Positions 30,001 to 45,000 of a stretch of 64,000 nucleotides of DNA are shown here, in pieces. This DNA comes from Eledone cirrhosa. Taxonomy: Eukaryota. Where the stretch lies: contig OZ024740.1 in NCBI GenBank assembly GCA_964016885.1, positions 436,046,001-436,110,000 on the forward strand. The letters are read 5' to 3'. A program made the translations under genes and the position numbers. Numbering within the stretch: position 1 is the stretch's first letter; each line of letters begins with the position of its first letter. The notes under the pieces are model-generated. The model made no database searches and was not told where the DNA came from. It was given only the letters and a program-made list of their open reading frames with translations.

Positions 30001-33000
30001 CTTATTACTACCTAGCAACCCTAGCCAGTATATAAACCTCCCTTATCACTACCTAGCAACCCTAGCCAGTATATAAACCTCCCTTATCACTACCTAGCAA
30101 CCTTAGCCAGTATATAAAACTCCCTTATTACTACCTAGCAACCTTAGCCAGTATATAAACCTCCCTTATCACTACCTAGCAACCTTAACCAGTATATAAA
30201 CCTCTCTTATCACTACCTAGCAACCTTAGCCAGTATATAAACCTCCCTTATCACTACCTAGCAACCCTAGCCAGTATATAAACCTCCCTTATCACTACCT
30301 AGCAACCCTAGCCAGTATATAAACCTCCCTTATCACTACCTAGCAACCTCAGCCAGTATATAAACCTCCCTTATTACTACCTAGAAACCCTAGCCAGTAT
30401 ATAAACCTCCCTTATTACTACCTAGCAACCCTAGCCAGTATATAAACCTCCCTTATCACTACCTAGCAACCCTAGCCAGTATATAAACCTCCCTTATCAC
30501 TACCTAGCAACCTTAGCCAGTATATAAAACTCCCTTATTACTACCTAGCAACCTTAGCCAGTATATAAACCTCCCTTATCACTACCTAGCAACCTTAACC
30601 AGTATATAAACCTCTCTTATCACTACCTAGCAACCTTAGCCAGTATATAAACCTCCCTTATCACTACCTAGCAACCCTAGCCAGTATATAAACCTCCCTT
30701 ATCACTACCTAGCAACCCTAGCCAGTATATAAACCTCCCTTATCACTACCTAGCAACCGTAGCCAGTATATAAACCTCCCTTATCACCACCTAATAACCC
30801 TAGCCAGTATATAAACCTCCCTTATCACTACCTAGCAAGCCTAGCCAGTATATAAACCTCCCTTATCACTACCTAACAACCCTAGCCAGTATATAAACCT
30901 CCCTTATCACTACCTAGCAACCCTAGCCAGTATATAAACCTCCCTTATCACTACCTAGCAACCCTAGCCAGTATATAAACCTCCCTTATCACTACCTAGC
31001 AACCCTAGCCAGTATATAAACCTCCCTTATCACTACCTAGCAACCCTAGCCAGTATATAAACCTCCCTTATCACCACCTAGTAACCCTAGCCAGTATATA
31101 AACCTCCCTTATCACTACCTAGCAACCTTAGCCAGTATATAAACCTCTCTTATCACTACCTAGCAACCTTAGCCAGTATATAAACCTCTCTTATCACTAC
31201 CTAGCAAACTTAGCCAGTATATAAACCTCTCTTATCACTACCTAGCAACCTTAGCCAGTATATAAACCTCTCTTATCACTACCTAGCAACCCTAGCCAGT
31301 ATATAAACATTCCCTTATCACTACCTAGCAACCTCAGCCAGTATATAAACCTCCCTTATCACTACCTAGCAACCTTAGCCAGTATATAAGCCTCCCTTAT
31401 TACTACCTAGCAACCTTAGCCAGTATATAAACCTCCCTTATCACTACCTAGTAACCTCAGCCAGTATATAAACCTCCCTTATCCCTACCTAGCAACCCTA
31501 GCCAGTATATAAACCTCCCTTATTACTACCTAGAAACCCTAGCCAGTATATAAACCTCCCTTATTACTACCTAGCAACCCTAGCCAGTATATAAACCTCC
31601 CTTATCACTACCTAGCAACCCTAGCCAGTATATAAACCTCCCTTATCACTACCTAGCAACCTTAGCCAGTATATAAAACTCCCTTATTACTACCTAGCAA
31701 CCTTAGCCAGTATATAAACCTCCCTTATCACTACCTAGCAACCTTAACCAGTATATAAACCTCTCTTATCACTACCTAGCAACCTTAGCCAGTATATAAA
31801 CCTCCCTTATCACTACCTAGCAACCCTAGCCAGTATATAAACCTCCCTTATCACTACCTAGCAACCCTAGCCAGTATATAAACCTCCCTTATCACTACCT
31901 AGCAACCGTAGCCAGTATATAAACCTCCCTTATCACCACCTATTAACCCTAGCCAGTATATAAACCTCCCTTATCACTACCTAACAACCCTAGCCAGTAT
32001 ATAAACCTCCCTTATCACTACCTAGCAACCCTAGCCAGTATATAAACCTCCTTTATCACTACCTAGTAACCCTAGCCAGTATATAAACCTCCCTTATCAC
32101 TACCTAGCAACCCTAGCCAGTATATAAACCTCCCTTATCACTACCTAGCAACCCTAGCCAGTATATAAACCTCCCTTATCACTACCTAGCAACCTTAGCC
32201 AGTATATAAACCTCCCTTATTACTACCTAGCAACCCTAGCCAGTATATAAACCTCCCTTATCACAACCTAGCAACCTTAACCAGTATATAAACCTCTCTT
32301 ATCACTACCTAGCAACCTTAGCCAGTATATAAACCTCCCTTATCACTACCTAGCAACCCTAGCCAGTATATAAACCTCCCTTATCACTACCTAGCAACCC
32401 TAGCCAGTATATAAACCTCCCTTATCACTACCTAGCAACCCTAGCCAGTATATAAACCTCCCTTATCACTACCTAGCAACCCTAGCCAGTATATAAACCT
32501 CCCTTATTACCACCTAGCAACCCTAGCCAGTATATAAACCTCCCTTTTCACCACCTAATAACCCTAGCCAGTATATAAACCTCCCTTATCACTACCTAGC
32601 AACCCTAGCCAGTATATAAACCTCCCTTATCACTACCTAGCAACCTTAGCCAGTATATAAACCTCTCTTATCACTACCTAGCAACCCTAGCCAGTATATA
32701 AACCTCCCTTATCACTACCTAGTAACCCTAGCCAGTATATAAACCTCCCTTATTACTACCTAGCAACCTCAGCCAGTATATAAACCTCCCTTATCCCTAC
32801 CTAGCAACCCTAGCCAATATATAAACCTACCTTATCACTACCTAGTAATCCTAGCCAGTATATAAACCCCCCTTGTCACTACCTAGCAACCCTAGCCAGT
32901 ATATAAACCTCCCTTATTACTACCTAGCAACCCTAGCCAGTATATAAACCTCCCTTATAACTACCTAGCAACCTTAGCCAGTATATAAACCTCCCTTATC

Positions 33001-36000
33001 CCTACCTAGCAACCCTAGCCAGTATATAAACCTCCCTTATTACTACCTAGCAACCATAGCCAGTATATAAACCTCCCTTATCACTACCTAGCAACCTTAG
33101 CCAGTATATAAACCTCTCTTATCACTACCTAGCAACCCTAGCCAGTATATAAACCTCTCTTATCACTACCTAGCAACCTTAGCCAGTATATAAACCTCTC
33201 TTATCACTACCTAGCAACCTCAGCCAGTATATAAACCTCCCTTATCACTACCTAGCAACCTCAGCCAGTATATAAACCTCCCTTATCACTACCTAGCAAC
33301 CTTAGCCAGTATATAAACCTCTCTTATCACTACCTAGCAACCTCAGCCAGTATATAAACCTCCCTTATCACTACCTAGCAACCTCAGCCAGTATATAAAC
33401 CTCCCTTGTCACTACCTAGCAACCTTAGCCAGTATATAAACCTCTCTTATCACTACCTAGCAACCCTAGCCAGTATATAAACCTCCCTTATCACTACCTA
33501 GCAATCTTAGCCAGTATATAAACCTCCCTTATCACTACCTAGCAACCCTAGCCAGTATATAAACCTCCCTTATTACTACCTAGCAACCTCAGCCAGTATA
33601 TAAACCTCCCTTATCCCTACCTAGCAACCCTAGCCAGTATATAAACCTCCCTTATTACTACCTAGCAACCCTAGCCAGTATATAAACCTCCCTTATCACT
33701 ACCTAGCAACCCTAGCCAGTATATAAACCTCCCTTATCACTACCTAGCAACCCTAGCCAGTATATAAACCTCCCTTATCACTACCTAGCAACCCTAGCCA
33801 GTATATAAACCTCCCTTATCACTACCTAGCAACCCTAGCCAGTATATAAACCTCCCTTATCACTACCTAGCAACCCTAGCCAGTATATAAAACTCCCTTA
33901 TTACTACCTAGCAACCTTAGCCAGTATATAAACCTCCCTTATCACTACCTAGCAACCTTAACCAGTATATAAACCTCTCTTATCACTACCTAGCAACCTT
34001 AGCCAGTATATAAACCTCCCTTATCACTACCTAGCAACCCTAGCCAGTATATAAACCTCCCTTATCACTACCTAGCAACCCTAGCCAGTATATAAACCTC
34101 CCTTATCACTACCTAGCAACCCTAGCCAGTATATAAACCTCCCTTATCACCACCTAATAACCCTAGCCAGTATATAAACCTCCCTTATCACTACCTAGCA
34201 ACCCTAGCCAGTATATAAACCTCCCTTATCACTACCTAACAACCCTAGCCAGTATATAAACCTCCCTTATCACTACCTAGCAACCCTAGCCAGTATATAA
34301 ACCTCCTTTATCACTACCTAGTAACCCTAGCCAGTATATAAACCTCCCTTATCACTACCTAGCAACCCTAGCCAGTATATAAACCTCCCTTATCACTACC
34401 TAGCAACCCTAGCCAGTATATAAACCTCCCTTATCACTACCTAGCAACCTTAGCCAGTATATAAACCTCCCTTATTACTACCTAGCAACCCTAGCCAGTA
34501 TATAAACCTCCCTTATCACAACCTAGCAACCTTAACCAGTATATAAACCTCTCTTATCACTACCTAGCAACCTTAGCCAGTATATAAACCTCCCTTATCA
34601 CTACCTAGCAACCCTAGCCAGTATATAAACCTCCCTTATCACTACCTAGCAACCCTAGCCAGTATATAAACCTCCCTTATCACCACCTAGTAACCCTAGC
34701 CAGTATATAAACCTCCCTTATCACTACCTAGCAACCTTAGCCAGTATATAAACCTCTCTTATCACTACCTAGCAACCTTAGCCAGTATATAAACCTCTCT
34801 TATCACTACCTAGCAACCTTAGCCAGTATATAAACCTCTCTTATCACTACCTAGCAACCTTAGCCAGTATATAAACCTCTCTTATCACTACCTAGCAACC
34901 CTAGCCAGTATATAAACATTCCCTTATCACTACCTAGCAACCTCAGCCAGTATATAAACCTCCCTTATCACTACCTAGCAACCTTAGCCAGTATATAAGC
35001 CTCCCTTATTACTACCTAGCAACCCTAGCCAGTATATAAACCTCCCTTATCCCTACCTAGCAACCCTAGCCAGTATATAAACCTCCCTTATTACTACCTA
35101 GCAACCCTAGCCAGTATATAAACCTCCCTTATCACTACCTAGCAACCCTAGCCAGTATATAAACCTCCCTTATCACTACCTAGCAACCCTAGCCAGTATA
35201 TAAACCTCCCTTATTACCACCTAGCAACCCTAGCCAGTATATAAACCTCCCTTTTCACCACCTAATAACCCTAGCCAGTATATAAACCTCCCTTATCCCT
35301 ACCTAGCAACCCTAGCCAGTATATAAACCTCCCTTATTACTACCTAGCAACCCTAGCCAGTATATAAACCTCCCTTATTACTACCTAGCAACCCTAGCCA
35401 GTATATAAACCTCCCTTATCCCTACCTAGCAACCCTAGCCAGTATATAAACCTCCCTTATCACTACCTAGCAACCTTAGCCAGTATATAAACCTCTCTTA
35501 TCACTACCTAGCAACCCTAGCCAGTATATAAACCTCCCTTATCACTACCTAGTAACCCTAGCCAGTATATAAACCTCCCTTATTACTACCTAGCAACCTC
35601 AGCCAGTATATAAACCTCCCTTATCCCTACCTAGCAACCCTAGCCAATATATAAACCTACCTTATCACTACCTAGTAACCCTAGCCAGTATATAAACCTC
35701 CCTTATTACCACCTAGCAACCCTAGCCAGTATATAAACCTCCCTTATTACCACCTAGCAACCCTAGCCAGTATATAAACCCCCCTTGTCACTACCTAGCA
35801 ACCCTAGCCAGTATATAAACCTCCCTTATTACTACCTAGCAACCCTAGCCAGTATATAAACCTCCCTTATAACTACCTAGCAACCTTAGCCAGTATATAA
35901 ACCTCCCTTATCCCTACCTAGCAACCCTAGCCAGTATATAAACCTCCCTTATTACTACCTAGCAACCATAGCCAGTATATAAACCTCCCTTATCACTACC

Positions 36001-39000
36001 TAGCAACCTTAGCCAGTATATAAACCTCTCTTATCACTACCTAGCAACCCTAGCCAGTATATAAACCTCTCTTATCACTACCTAGCAACCTTAGCCAGTA
36101 TATAAACCTCTCTTATCACTACCTAGCAACCTCAGCCAGTATATAAACCTCCCTTATCACTACCTAGCAACCTCAGCCAGTATATAAACCTCCCTTGTCA
36201 CTACCTAGCAACCTTAGCCAGTATATAAACCTCTCTTATCACTACCTAGCAACCCTAGCCAGTATATAAACCTCCCTTATCACTACCTAGCAACCTTAGC
36301 CAGTATATAAACCTCCCTTATCACTACCTAGCAACCCTAGCCAGTATATAAACCTCCCTTATTACTACCTAGCAACCTCAGCCAGTATATAAACCTCCCT
36401 TATCCCTACCTAGCAACCCTAGCCAGTATATAAACCTCCCTTATTACTACCTAGCAACCCTAGCCAGTATATAAACCTCCCTTATCACTACCTAGCAACC
36501 CTAGCCAGTATATAAACCTCCCTTATCACTACCTAGCAACCCTAGCCAGTATATAAACCTCCCTTATCACTACCTAGCAACCCTAGCCAGTATATAAACC
36601 TCCCTTATCACTACCTAGCAACCCTAGCCAGTATATAAACCTCCCTTATCACTACCTAGCAACCCTAGCCAATATATAAACCTCCCTTATCACTACCTAG
36701 CAACCCTAGCCAGTATATAAACCTCCCTTATCACTACCTAGCAACCCTAGCCAGTATATAAACCTCCCTTATCACTACCTAGCAACCCTAGCCAGTATAT
36801 AAACATTCCCTTATTACTACCTAGCAACCTTAGCCAGTATATAAACCTCCCTTATTACTACCTAGCAACCTTAGCCAGTATATAAACCTCCCTTATCACT
36901 ACCTAGCAACCTTAGCCAGTATATAAACCTCCCTTATTACTACCTAGCAACCTTAGCCAGTATATAAACCTCCCTTATCACTACCTAGCAACCCTAGCCA
37001 GTATATAAACCTCCCTTATTACTACCTAGCAACCTCAGCCAGTATATAAACCTCCCTTATCCCTACCTAGCAACCCTAGCCAGTATATAAACCTCCCTTA
37101 TTACTACCTAGCAACCCTAGCCAGTATATAAACCTCCCTTATCACTACCTAGCAACCCTAGCCAGTATATAAACCTCCCTTATCACTACCTAGCAACCTC
37201 AGCCAGTATATAAACCTCCCTTATCACTACCTAGCAACCTTAGCCAGTATATAAACCTCCCTTATCCCTACCTAGCAACCCTAGCCAGTATATAAACCTC
37301 CCTTATTACTACCTAGCAACCCTAGCCAGTATATAAACCTCCCTTATCACTACCTAGCAACCCTAGCCAGTATATAAACCTCCCTTATCACTACCTAGCA
37401 ACCTTAGCCAGTATATAAACCTCTCTTATCACTACCTAGCAACCCTAGCCAGTATATAAACATTCCCTTATCACTACCTAGCAACCTCAGCCAGTATATA
37501 AACCTCCCTTATCACTACCTAGCAACCTTAGCCAGTATATAAGCCTCCCTTATTACTACCTAGCAACCCTAGCCAGTATATAAACCTCCCTTATCCCTAC
37601 CTAGCAACCCTAGCCAGTATATAAACCTCCCTTATTACTACCTAGCAACCTCAGCCAGTATATAAACCTCCCTTATCACTACCTAGCAACCTCAGCCAGT
37701 ATATAAACCTCCCTTATCACTACCTAGCAACCTTAGCCAGTATATAAACCTCTCTTATCACTACCTAGCAACCTCAGCCAGTATATAAACCTCCCTTGTC
37801 ACTACCTAGCAACCTTAGCCAGTATATAAACCTCTCTTATCACTACCTAGCAACCCTAGCCAGTATATAAACCTCCCTTATCACTACCTAGCAACCTTAG
37901 CCAGTATATAAACCTCCCTTATCACTACCTAGCAACCCTAGCCAGTATATAAACCTCCCTTATTACTACCTAGCAACCTCAGCCAGTATATAAACCTCCC
38001 TTATCCCTACCTAGCAACCCTAGCCAGTATATAAACCTCCCTTATTACTACCTAGCAACCCTAGCCAGTATATAAACCTCCCTTATCACTACCTAGCAAC
38101 CCTAGCCAGTATATAAACCTCCCTTATCACTACCTAGCAACCCTAGCCAGTATATAAACCTCCCTTATCACTACCTAGCAACCCTACCCAGTATATAAAC
38201 CTCCCTTATCACTACCTAGCAACCCTAGCCAGTATATAAACCTCCCTTATCACTACCTAGCAACCCTAGCCAATATATAAACCTCCCTTATCACTACCTA
38301 GCAACCCTAGCCAGTATATAAACCTCCCTTATCACTACCTAGCAACCCTAGCCAGTATATAAACCTCCCTTATCACTACCTAGCAACCCTAGCCAGTATA
38401 TAAACATTCCCTTATTACTACCTAGCAACCTTAGCCAGTATATAAACCTCCCTTATTACTACCTAGCAACCTTAGCCAGTATATAAACCTCCCTTATCAC
38501 TACCTAGCAACCTTAGCCAGTATATAAACCTCCCTTATTACTACCTAGCAACCTTAGCCAGTATATAAACCTCCCTTATCACTACCTAGCAACCCTAGCC
38601 AGTATATAAACCTCCCTTATTACTACCTAGCAACCTCAGCCAGTATATAAACCTCCCTTATCCCTACCTAGCAACCCTAGCCAGTATATAAACCTCCCTT
38701 ATTACTACCTAGCAACCCTAGCCAGTATATAAACCTCCCTTATCACTACCTAGCAACCCTAGCCAGTATATAAACCTCCCTTATCACTACCTAGCAACCT
38801 TAGCCAGTATATAAACCTCCCTTATCACTACCTAGCAACCTTAGCCAGTATATAAACCTCCCTTATCCCTACCTAGCAACCCTAGCCAGTATATAAACCT
38901 CCCTTATTACTACCTAGCAACCCTAGCCAGTATATAAACCTCCCTTATCACTACCTAGCAACCCTAGCCAGTATATAAACCTCCCTTATCACTACCTAGC

Positions 39001-42000
39001 AACCTTAGCCAGTATATAAACCTCCCTTATCACTACCTAGCAACCCTAGCCAGTATATAAACCTCCCTTATTACTACCTAGCAACCTTAGCCAGTATATA
39101 AACCTCCCTTATTACTACCTAGCAACCTTAGCTAGTATATAAACCTCCCTTATCACTACTAGCAACCTTAGCCAGTATATAAACCTCCCTTATCACTACC
39201 TAGCAACCCTAGCCAGTATATAAACCTCCCTTATCACTACCTAGCAACCCTAGCCAGTATATAAACCTCCCTTATCACTACCTAGCAACCCTAGCCAGTA
39301 TATAAACCTCCCTTATCACTACCTATCAACCCTAGCCAGTATATAAACCTCCCTTATCACCACCTAGTAACCCTAGCCAGTATATAAACCTCCCTTATCA
39401 CTACCTAGCAACCTTAGCCAGTATATAAACCTCTCTTATCACTACCTAGCAACCTTAGCCAGTATATAAACCTCTCTTATCACTACCTAGCAACCTTAGC
39501 CAGTATATAAACCTCTCTTATCACTACCTAGCAACCTTAGCCAGTATATAAACCTCTCTTATCACTACCTAGCAACCCTAGCCAGTATATAAACATTCCC
39601 TTAGCACTACCTAGCAACCTCAGCCAGTATATAAACCTCCCTTATCACTACCTAGCAACCTTAGCCAGTATATAAGCCTCCCTTATTACTACCTAGCAAC
39701 CTTAGCCAGTATATAAACCTCCCTTATCACTACCTAGCAACCTCAGCCAGTATATAAACCTCCCTTATCCCTACCTAGCAACCCTAGCCAGTATATAAAC
39801 CTCCCTTATTACTACCTAGCAACCCTAGCCAGTATATAAACCTCCCTTATCACTACCTAGCAACCCTAGCCAGTATATAAACCTCCCTTATCACTACCTA
39901 GCAACCTTAGCCAGTATATAAACCTCCCTTATTACTACCTAGCAACCCTAGCCAGTATATAAACATTCCCTTATTACTACCTAGCAACCTTAGCCAGTAT
40001 ATAAACCTCCCTTATTACTACCTAGCAACCTTAGCCAGTATATAAACCTCCCTTATCACTACCTAGCAACCTTAGCCAGTATATAAACCTCCCTTATCAC
40101 TACCTAGCAACCCTAGGCAGTATATAAACCTCCCTTATCACTACCTAGCAACCCTAGCCAGTATATAAACCTCCCTTATCACTACCTAGCAACCCTAGCC
40201 AGTATATAAACCTCCCTTATCACTACCTAGCAACCCTAGCCATTATATAAACCTCCCTTATCACCACCTAGTAACCCTAGCCAGTATATAAACCTCCCTT
40301 ATCACTACCTAGCAACCTTAGCCAGTATATAAACCTCTCTTATCACTACCTAGCAACCTCAGCCAGTATATAAACCTCCCTTATCACTACCTAGCAACCT
40401 CAGCCAGTATATAAACCTCCCTTATCACTACCTAGCAACCTTAGCCAGTATATAAACCTCTCTTATCACTACCTAGCAACCTCAGCCAGTATATAAACCT
40501 CTCTTATCACTACCTAGCAACCTCAGCCAGTATATAAACCTCCCTTATCACTACCTAGCAACCCTAGCCAGTATATAAACCTCCCTTATCACTACCTAGC
40601 AACCCTAGCCAGTATATAAACCTCCCTTATCACTACCTAGCAACCCTAGCCAGTATATAAACCTCCCTTGTCACTACCTAGCAACCTTAGCCAGTATATA
40701 AACCTCTCTTATCACTACCTAGCAACCTCAGCCAGTATATAAACCTCCCTTATCACTACCTAGCAACCCTAGCCAGTATATAAACCTCCCTTATCACTAC
40801 CTAGCAACCCTAGCCAGTATATAAACCTCCCTTATCACTACCTAGCAACCCTAGCCAGTATATAAACCTCCCTTGTCACTACCTAGCAACCCTAGCCAGT
40901 ATATAAACCTCCCTTATTACTACCTAGCAACCTTAGCCAGTATATAAACCTCTCTTATCACTACCTAGCAACCTCAGCCAGTATATAAACCTCCCTTATC
41001 ACTACCTAGCAACCCTAGCCAGTATATAAACCTCCCTTATCACTACCTAGCAACCCTAGCCAGTATATAAGCCTCTCTTATCACTACCTAGCAACCCTAG
41101 CCAGTATATAAACCTCCTTTATCACTACCTAGCAACCCTAGCCAGTATATAAACCTCCCTTATCACTACCTAGCAACCCTAGCCAGTATATAAACCTCCC
41201 TTATCACTACCTAGCAACCCTAGCCAGTATATAAACATTCCCTTATCACTACCTAGCAACCTCAGCCAGTATATAAACCTCCCTTATCACTACCTAGCAA
41301 CCTTAGCCAGTATATAAGCCTCCCTTATTACTACCTAGCAACCTTAGCCAGTATATAAACCTCCCTTATCACTACCTAGCAACCTCAGCCAGTATATAAA
41401 CCTCCCTTATCCCTACCTAGCAACCCTATCCAGTATATAAACCTACCTTATTACTACCTAGCAACCCTAGCCAGTATATAAACATTCCCTTATCACTACC
41501 TAGCAACCTCAGCCTGTATATAAACCTCCCTTATTACTACCTAGCAACCTTAGCCAGTATATAAACCTCCCTTATCACTACCTAGCAACCTTAACCAGTA
41601 TATAAACCTCTCTTATCACTACCTAGCAACCTTAGCCAGTATATAAACCTCCCTTATCACTACCTAGCAACCCTAGCCAGTATATAAACCTCCCTTATCA
41701 CTACCTAGCAACCCTAGCCAGTATATAAACCTCCCTTATCACTACCTAGCAACCCTAGCCAGTATATAAACCTCCCTTATCACTACCTAGCAACCTTAGC
41801 CAGTATATAAACCTCCCTTATCACTACCTAGCAACCCTAGCCAGTATATAAACCTCCCTTATCACTACCTAGCAACCCTAGCCAGTATATAAACCTACCT
41901 TATCCCTACCTAGCAACCCTAGCCAGTATATAAACCTCTCTTATCCCTACCTAGCAACCCTAGCCAGTATATAAACCTCCCTTATCACTACCTAACAACC

Positions 42001-45000
42001 TTAGCCAATATATAAACCTCTCTTATCACTACCTAGCAACCTTAGCCAGTATATAAACCCCCCTTGTCACTACCTAGCAACCCTAGCCAGTATATAAACC
42101 TCCCTTATTACTACCTAGCAACCCTAGCCAGTATATAAACCTCCCTTATTACTACCTAGCAACCTTAGCCAGTATATAAACCTCCCTTATTACTACCTAG
42201 CAACCTTAGCCAGTATATAAACCTCTCTTATCACTACCTAGCAACCCTAGCCAGTATATAAACCTCCCTTATTACTACCTAGCAACCTTAGCCAGTATAT
42301 AAACCTCCCTTATCACTACCTAGCAACCTAAGCCAGTATATAACCTCCCTTATTACTACCTAGCAACCTTAGCCAGTATATAAAACTCCCTTATCACTAC
42401 CTAGCAACCTTAGCCAGTATATAAACCTCTCTTATCACTACCTAGCAACCTTAGCCAGTATATAAACCTCCCTTATCACTACCTAGCAACCCTAGCCAGT
42501 ATATAAACCTCCCTTATCACTACCTAGCAACCCTAGCCAGTATATAAACCTACCTTATCCCTACCTAGCAACCCTAGCCAGTATATAAACCTCTCTTATC
42601 CCTACCTAGCAACCCTAGCCAGTATATAAACCTCCCTTATCCCTACCTAGCAACCCTAGCCAGTATATAAACCTCCCTTATCCCTACCTAGCAACCCTAG
42701 CCAGTATATAAACCTCCCTTATCCCTACCTAGCAACCCTAGCCAGTATATAAACCTCCCTTATCACTACCTAGCAACCTTAGCCAGTATATAAACCTCCC
42801 TTATTACTACCTAGCAACCTTAGCCAGTATATAAACCTCCCTTATTACTACCTAGCAACCTTAGCCAGTATATAAACCTCCCTTATTACTACCTAGCAAC
42901 CTTAGCCAGTATATAAACCTCCCTTATTACTACCTAGCAACCTTAGCCAGTATATAAACCTCTCTTATCACTACCTAGCAACCCTAGCCAGTATATAAAC
43001 CTCCCTTATTACTACCTAGCAACCTTAGCCAGTATATAAACCTCCCTTATCACTACCTAGCAACCTCAGCCAGTACATAAACCTCCCTTATCACTACCTA
43101 GCAACCCTAGCCAGTATATAAACCTCTCTTATCACTACCTAGCAACCCTAGCCAGTACATAAACCTCCCTTATCCCTACCTAGCAACCCTAGCCAGTATA
43201 TAAACCTCCCTTATCACTACCTAACAACCTTAGCCAATATATAAACCTCTCTTATCACTACCTAGCAACCTTAGCCAGTATATAAACCCCCCTTGTCACT
43301 ACCTAGCAACCCTAGCCAGTATATAAACCTCCCTTATTACTACCTAGCAACCCTAGCCAGTATATAAACCTCCCTTATTACTACCTAGCAACCTTAGCCA
43401 GTATATAAACCTCCCTTATTACTACCTAGCAACCTTAGCCAGTATATAAACCTCCCTTATTACTACCTAGCAACCTTAGCCAGTATATAAACCTCTCTTA
43501 TCACTACCTAGCAACCCTAGCCAGTATATAAACCTCCCTTATTACTACCTAGCAACCTTAGCCAGTATATAAACCTCCCTTATCACTACCTAGCAACCTA
43601 AGCCAGTATATAACCTCCCTTATTACTACCTAGCAACCTTAGCCAGTATATAAAACTCCCTTATCACTACCTAGCAACCTTAGCCAGTATATAAACCTCT
43701 CTTATCACTACCTAGCAACCTTAGCCAGTATATAAACCTCCCTTATCACTACCTAGCAACCCTAGCCAGTATATAAACCTCCCTTATCACTACCTAGCAA
43801 CCCTAGCCAGTATATAAACATTCCCTTATTACTACCTAGCAACTTCAGCCAGTATATAAACCTCCCTTATCACTACCTAGCAACCTTAGCCAGTATATAA
43901 ACCTCCCTTATCCCTAACTAGCAACCCTAGCCAGTATATAAACCTCCCTTATTACTACCTAGCAACCCTAGCCAGTATATAAACCTCCCTTATCACTACC
44001 TAGCAACCCTAGCCAGTATATAAACCTCCCTTATCACTACCTAGCAACCTTAGCCAGTATATAAGCCTCCCTTATTACTACCTAGCAACCTCAGCCTGTA
44101 TATAAACCTCCCTTATTACTACCTAGCAACCTTAGCCAGTATATAAACCTCCCTTATCACTACCTAGCAACCTTAACCAGTATATAAACCTCTCTTATCA
44201 CTACCTAGCAACCTTAGCCAGTATATAAACCTCCCTTATCACTACCTAGCAACCCTAGCCAGTATATAAACCTCCCTTATCACTACCTAGCAACCCTAGC
44301 CAGTATATAAACCTCCCTTATCACTACCTAGCAACCCTAGCCAGTATATAAACCTCCCTTATCACTACCTAGCAACCTTAGCCAGTATATAAACCTCCCT
44401 TATCACTACCTAGCAACCCTAGCCAGTATATAAACCTCCCTTATCACTACCTAGCAACCCTAGCCAGTATATAAACCTACCTTATCCCTACCTAGCAACC
44501 CTAGCCAGTATATAAACCTCTCTTATCCCTACCTAGCAACCCTAGCCAGTATATAAACCTCCCTTATCCCTACCTAGCAACCCTAGCCAGTATATAAACC
44601 TCCCTTATCCCTACCTAGCAACCCTAGCCAGTATATAAACCTCCCTTATCCCTACCTAGCAACCCTAGCCAGTATATAAACCTCCCTTATCACTACCTAG
44701 CAACCTTAGCCAGTATATAAACCTCCCTTATTACTACCTAGCAACTTTAGCCAGTATATAAACCTCCCTTATTACTACCTAGCAACCTTAGCCAGTATAT
44801 AAACCTCCCTTATTACTACCTAGCAACCTTAGCCAGTATATAAACCTCCCTTATCACTACCTAGCAACCTCAGCCAGTATATAAACCTCCCTTATCACTA
44901 CCTAGCAACCCTAGCCAGTATATAAACCTCTCTTATCACTACCTAGCAACCCTAGCCAGTACATAAACCTCCCTTATCCCTACCTAGCAACCCTAGCCAG

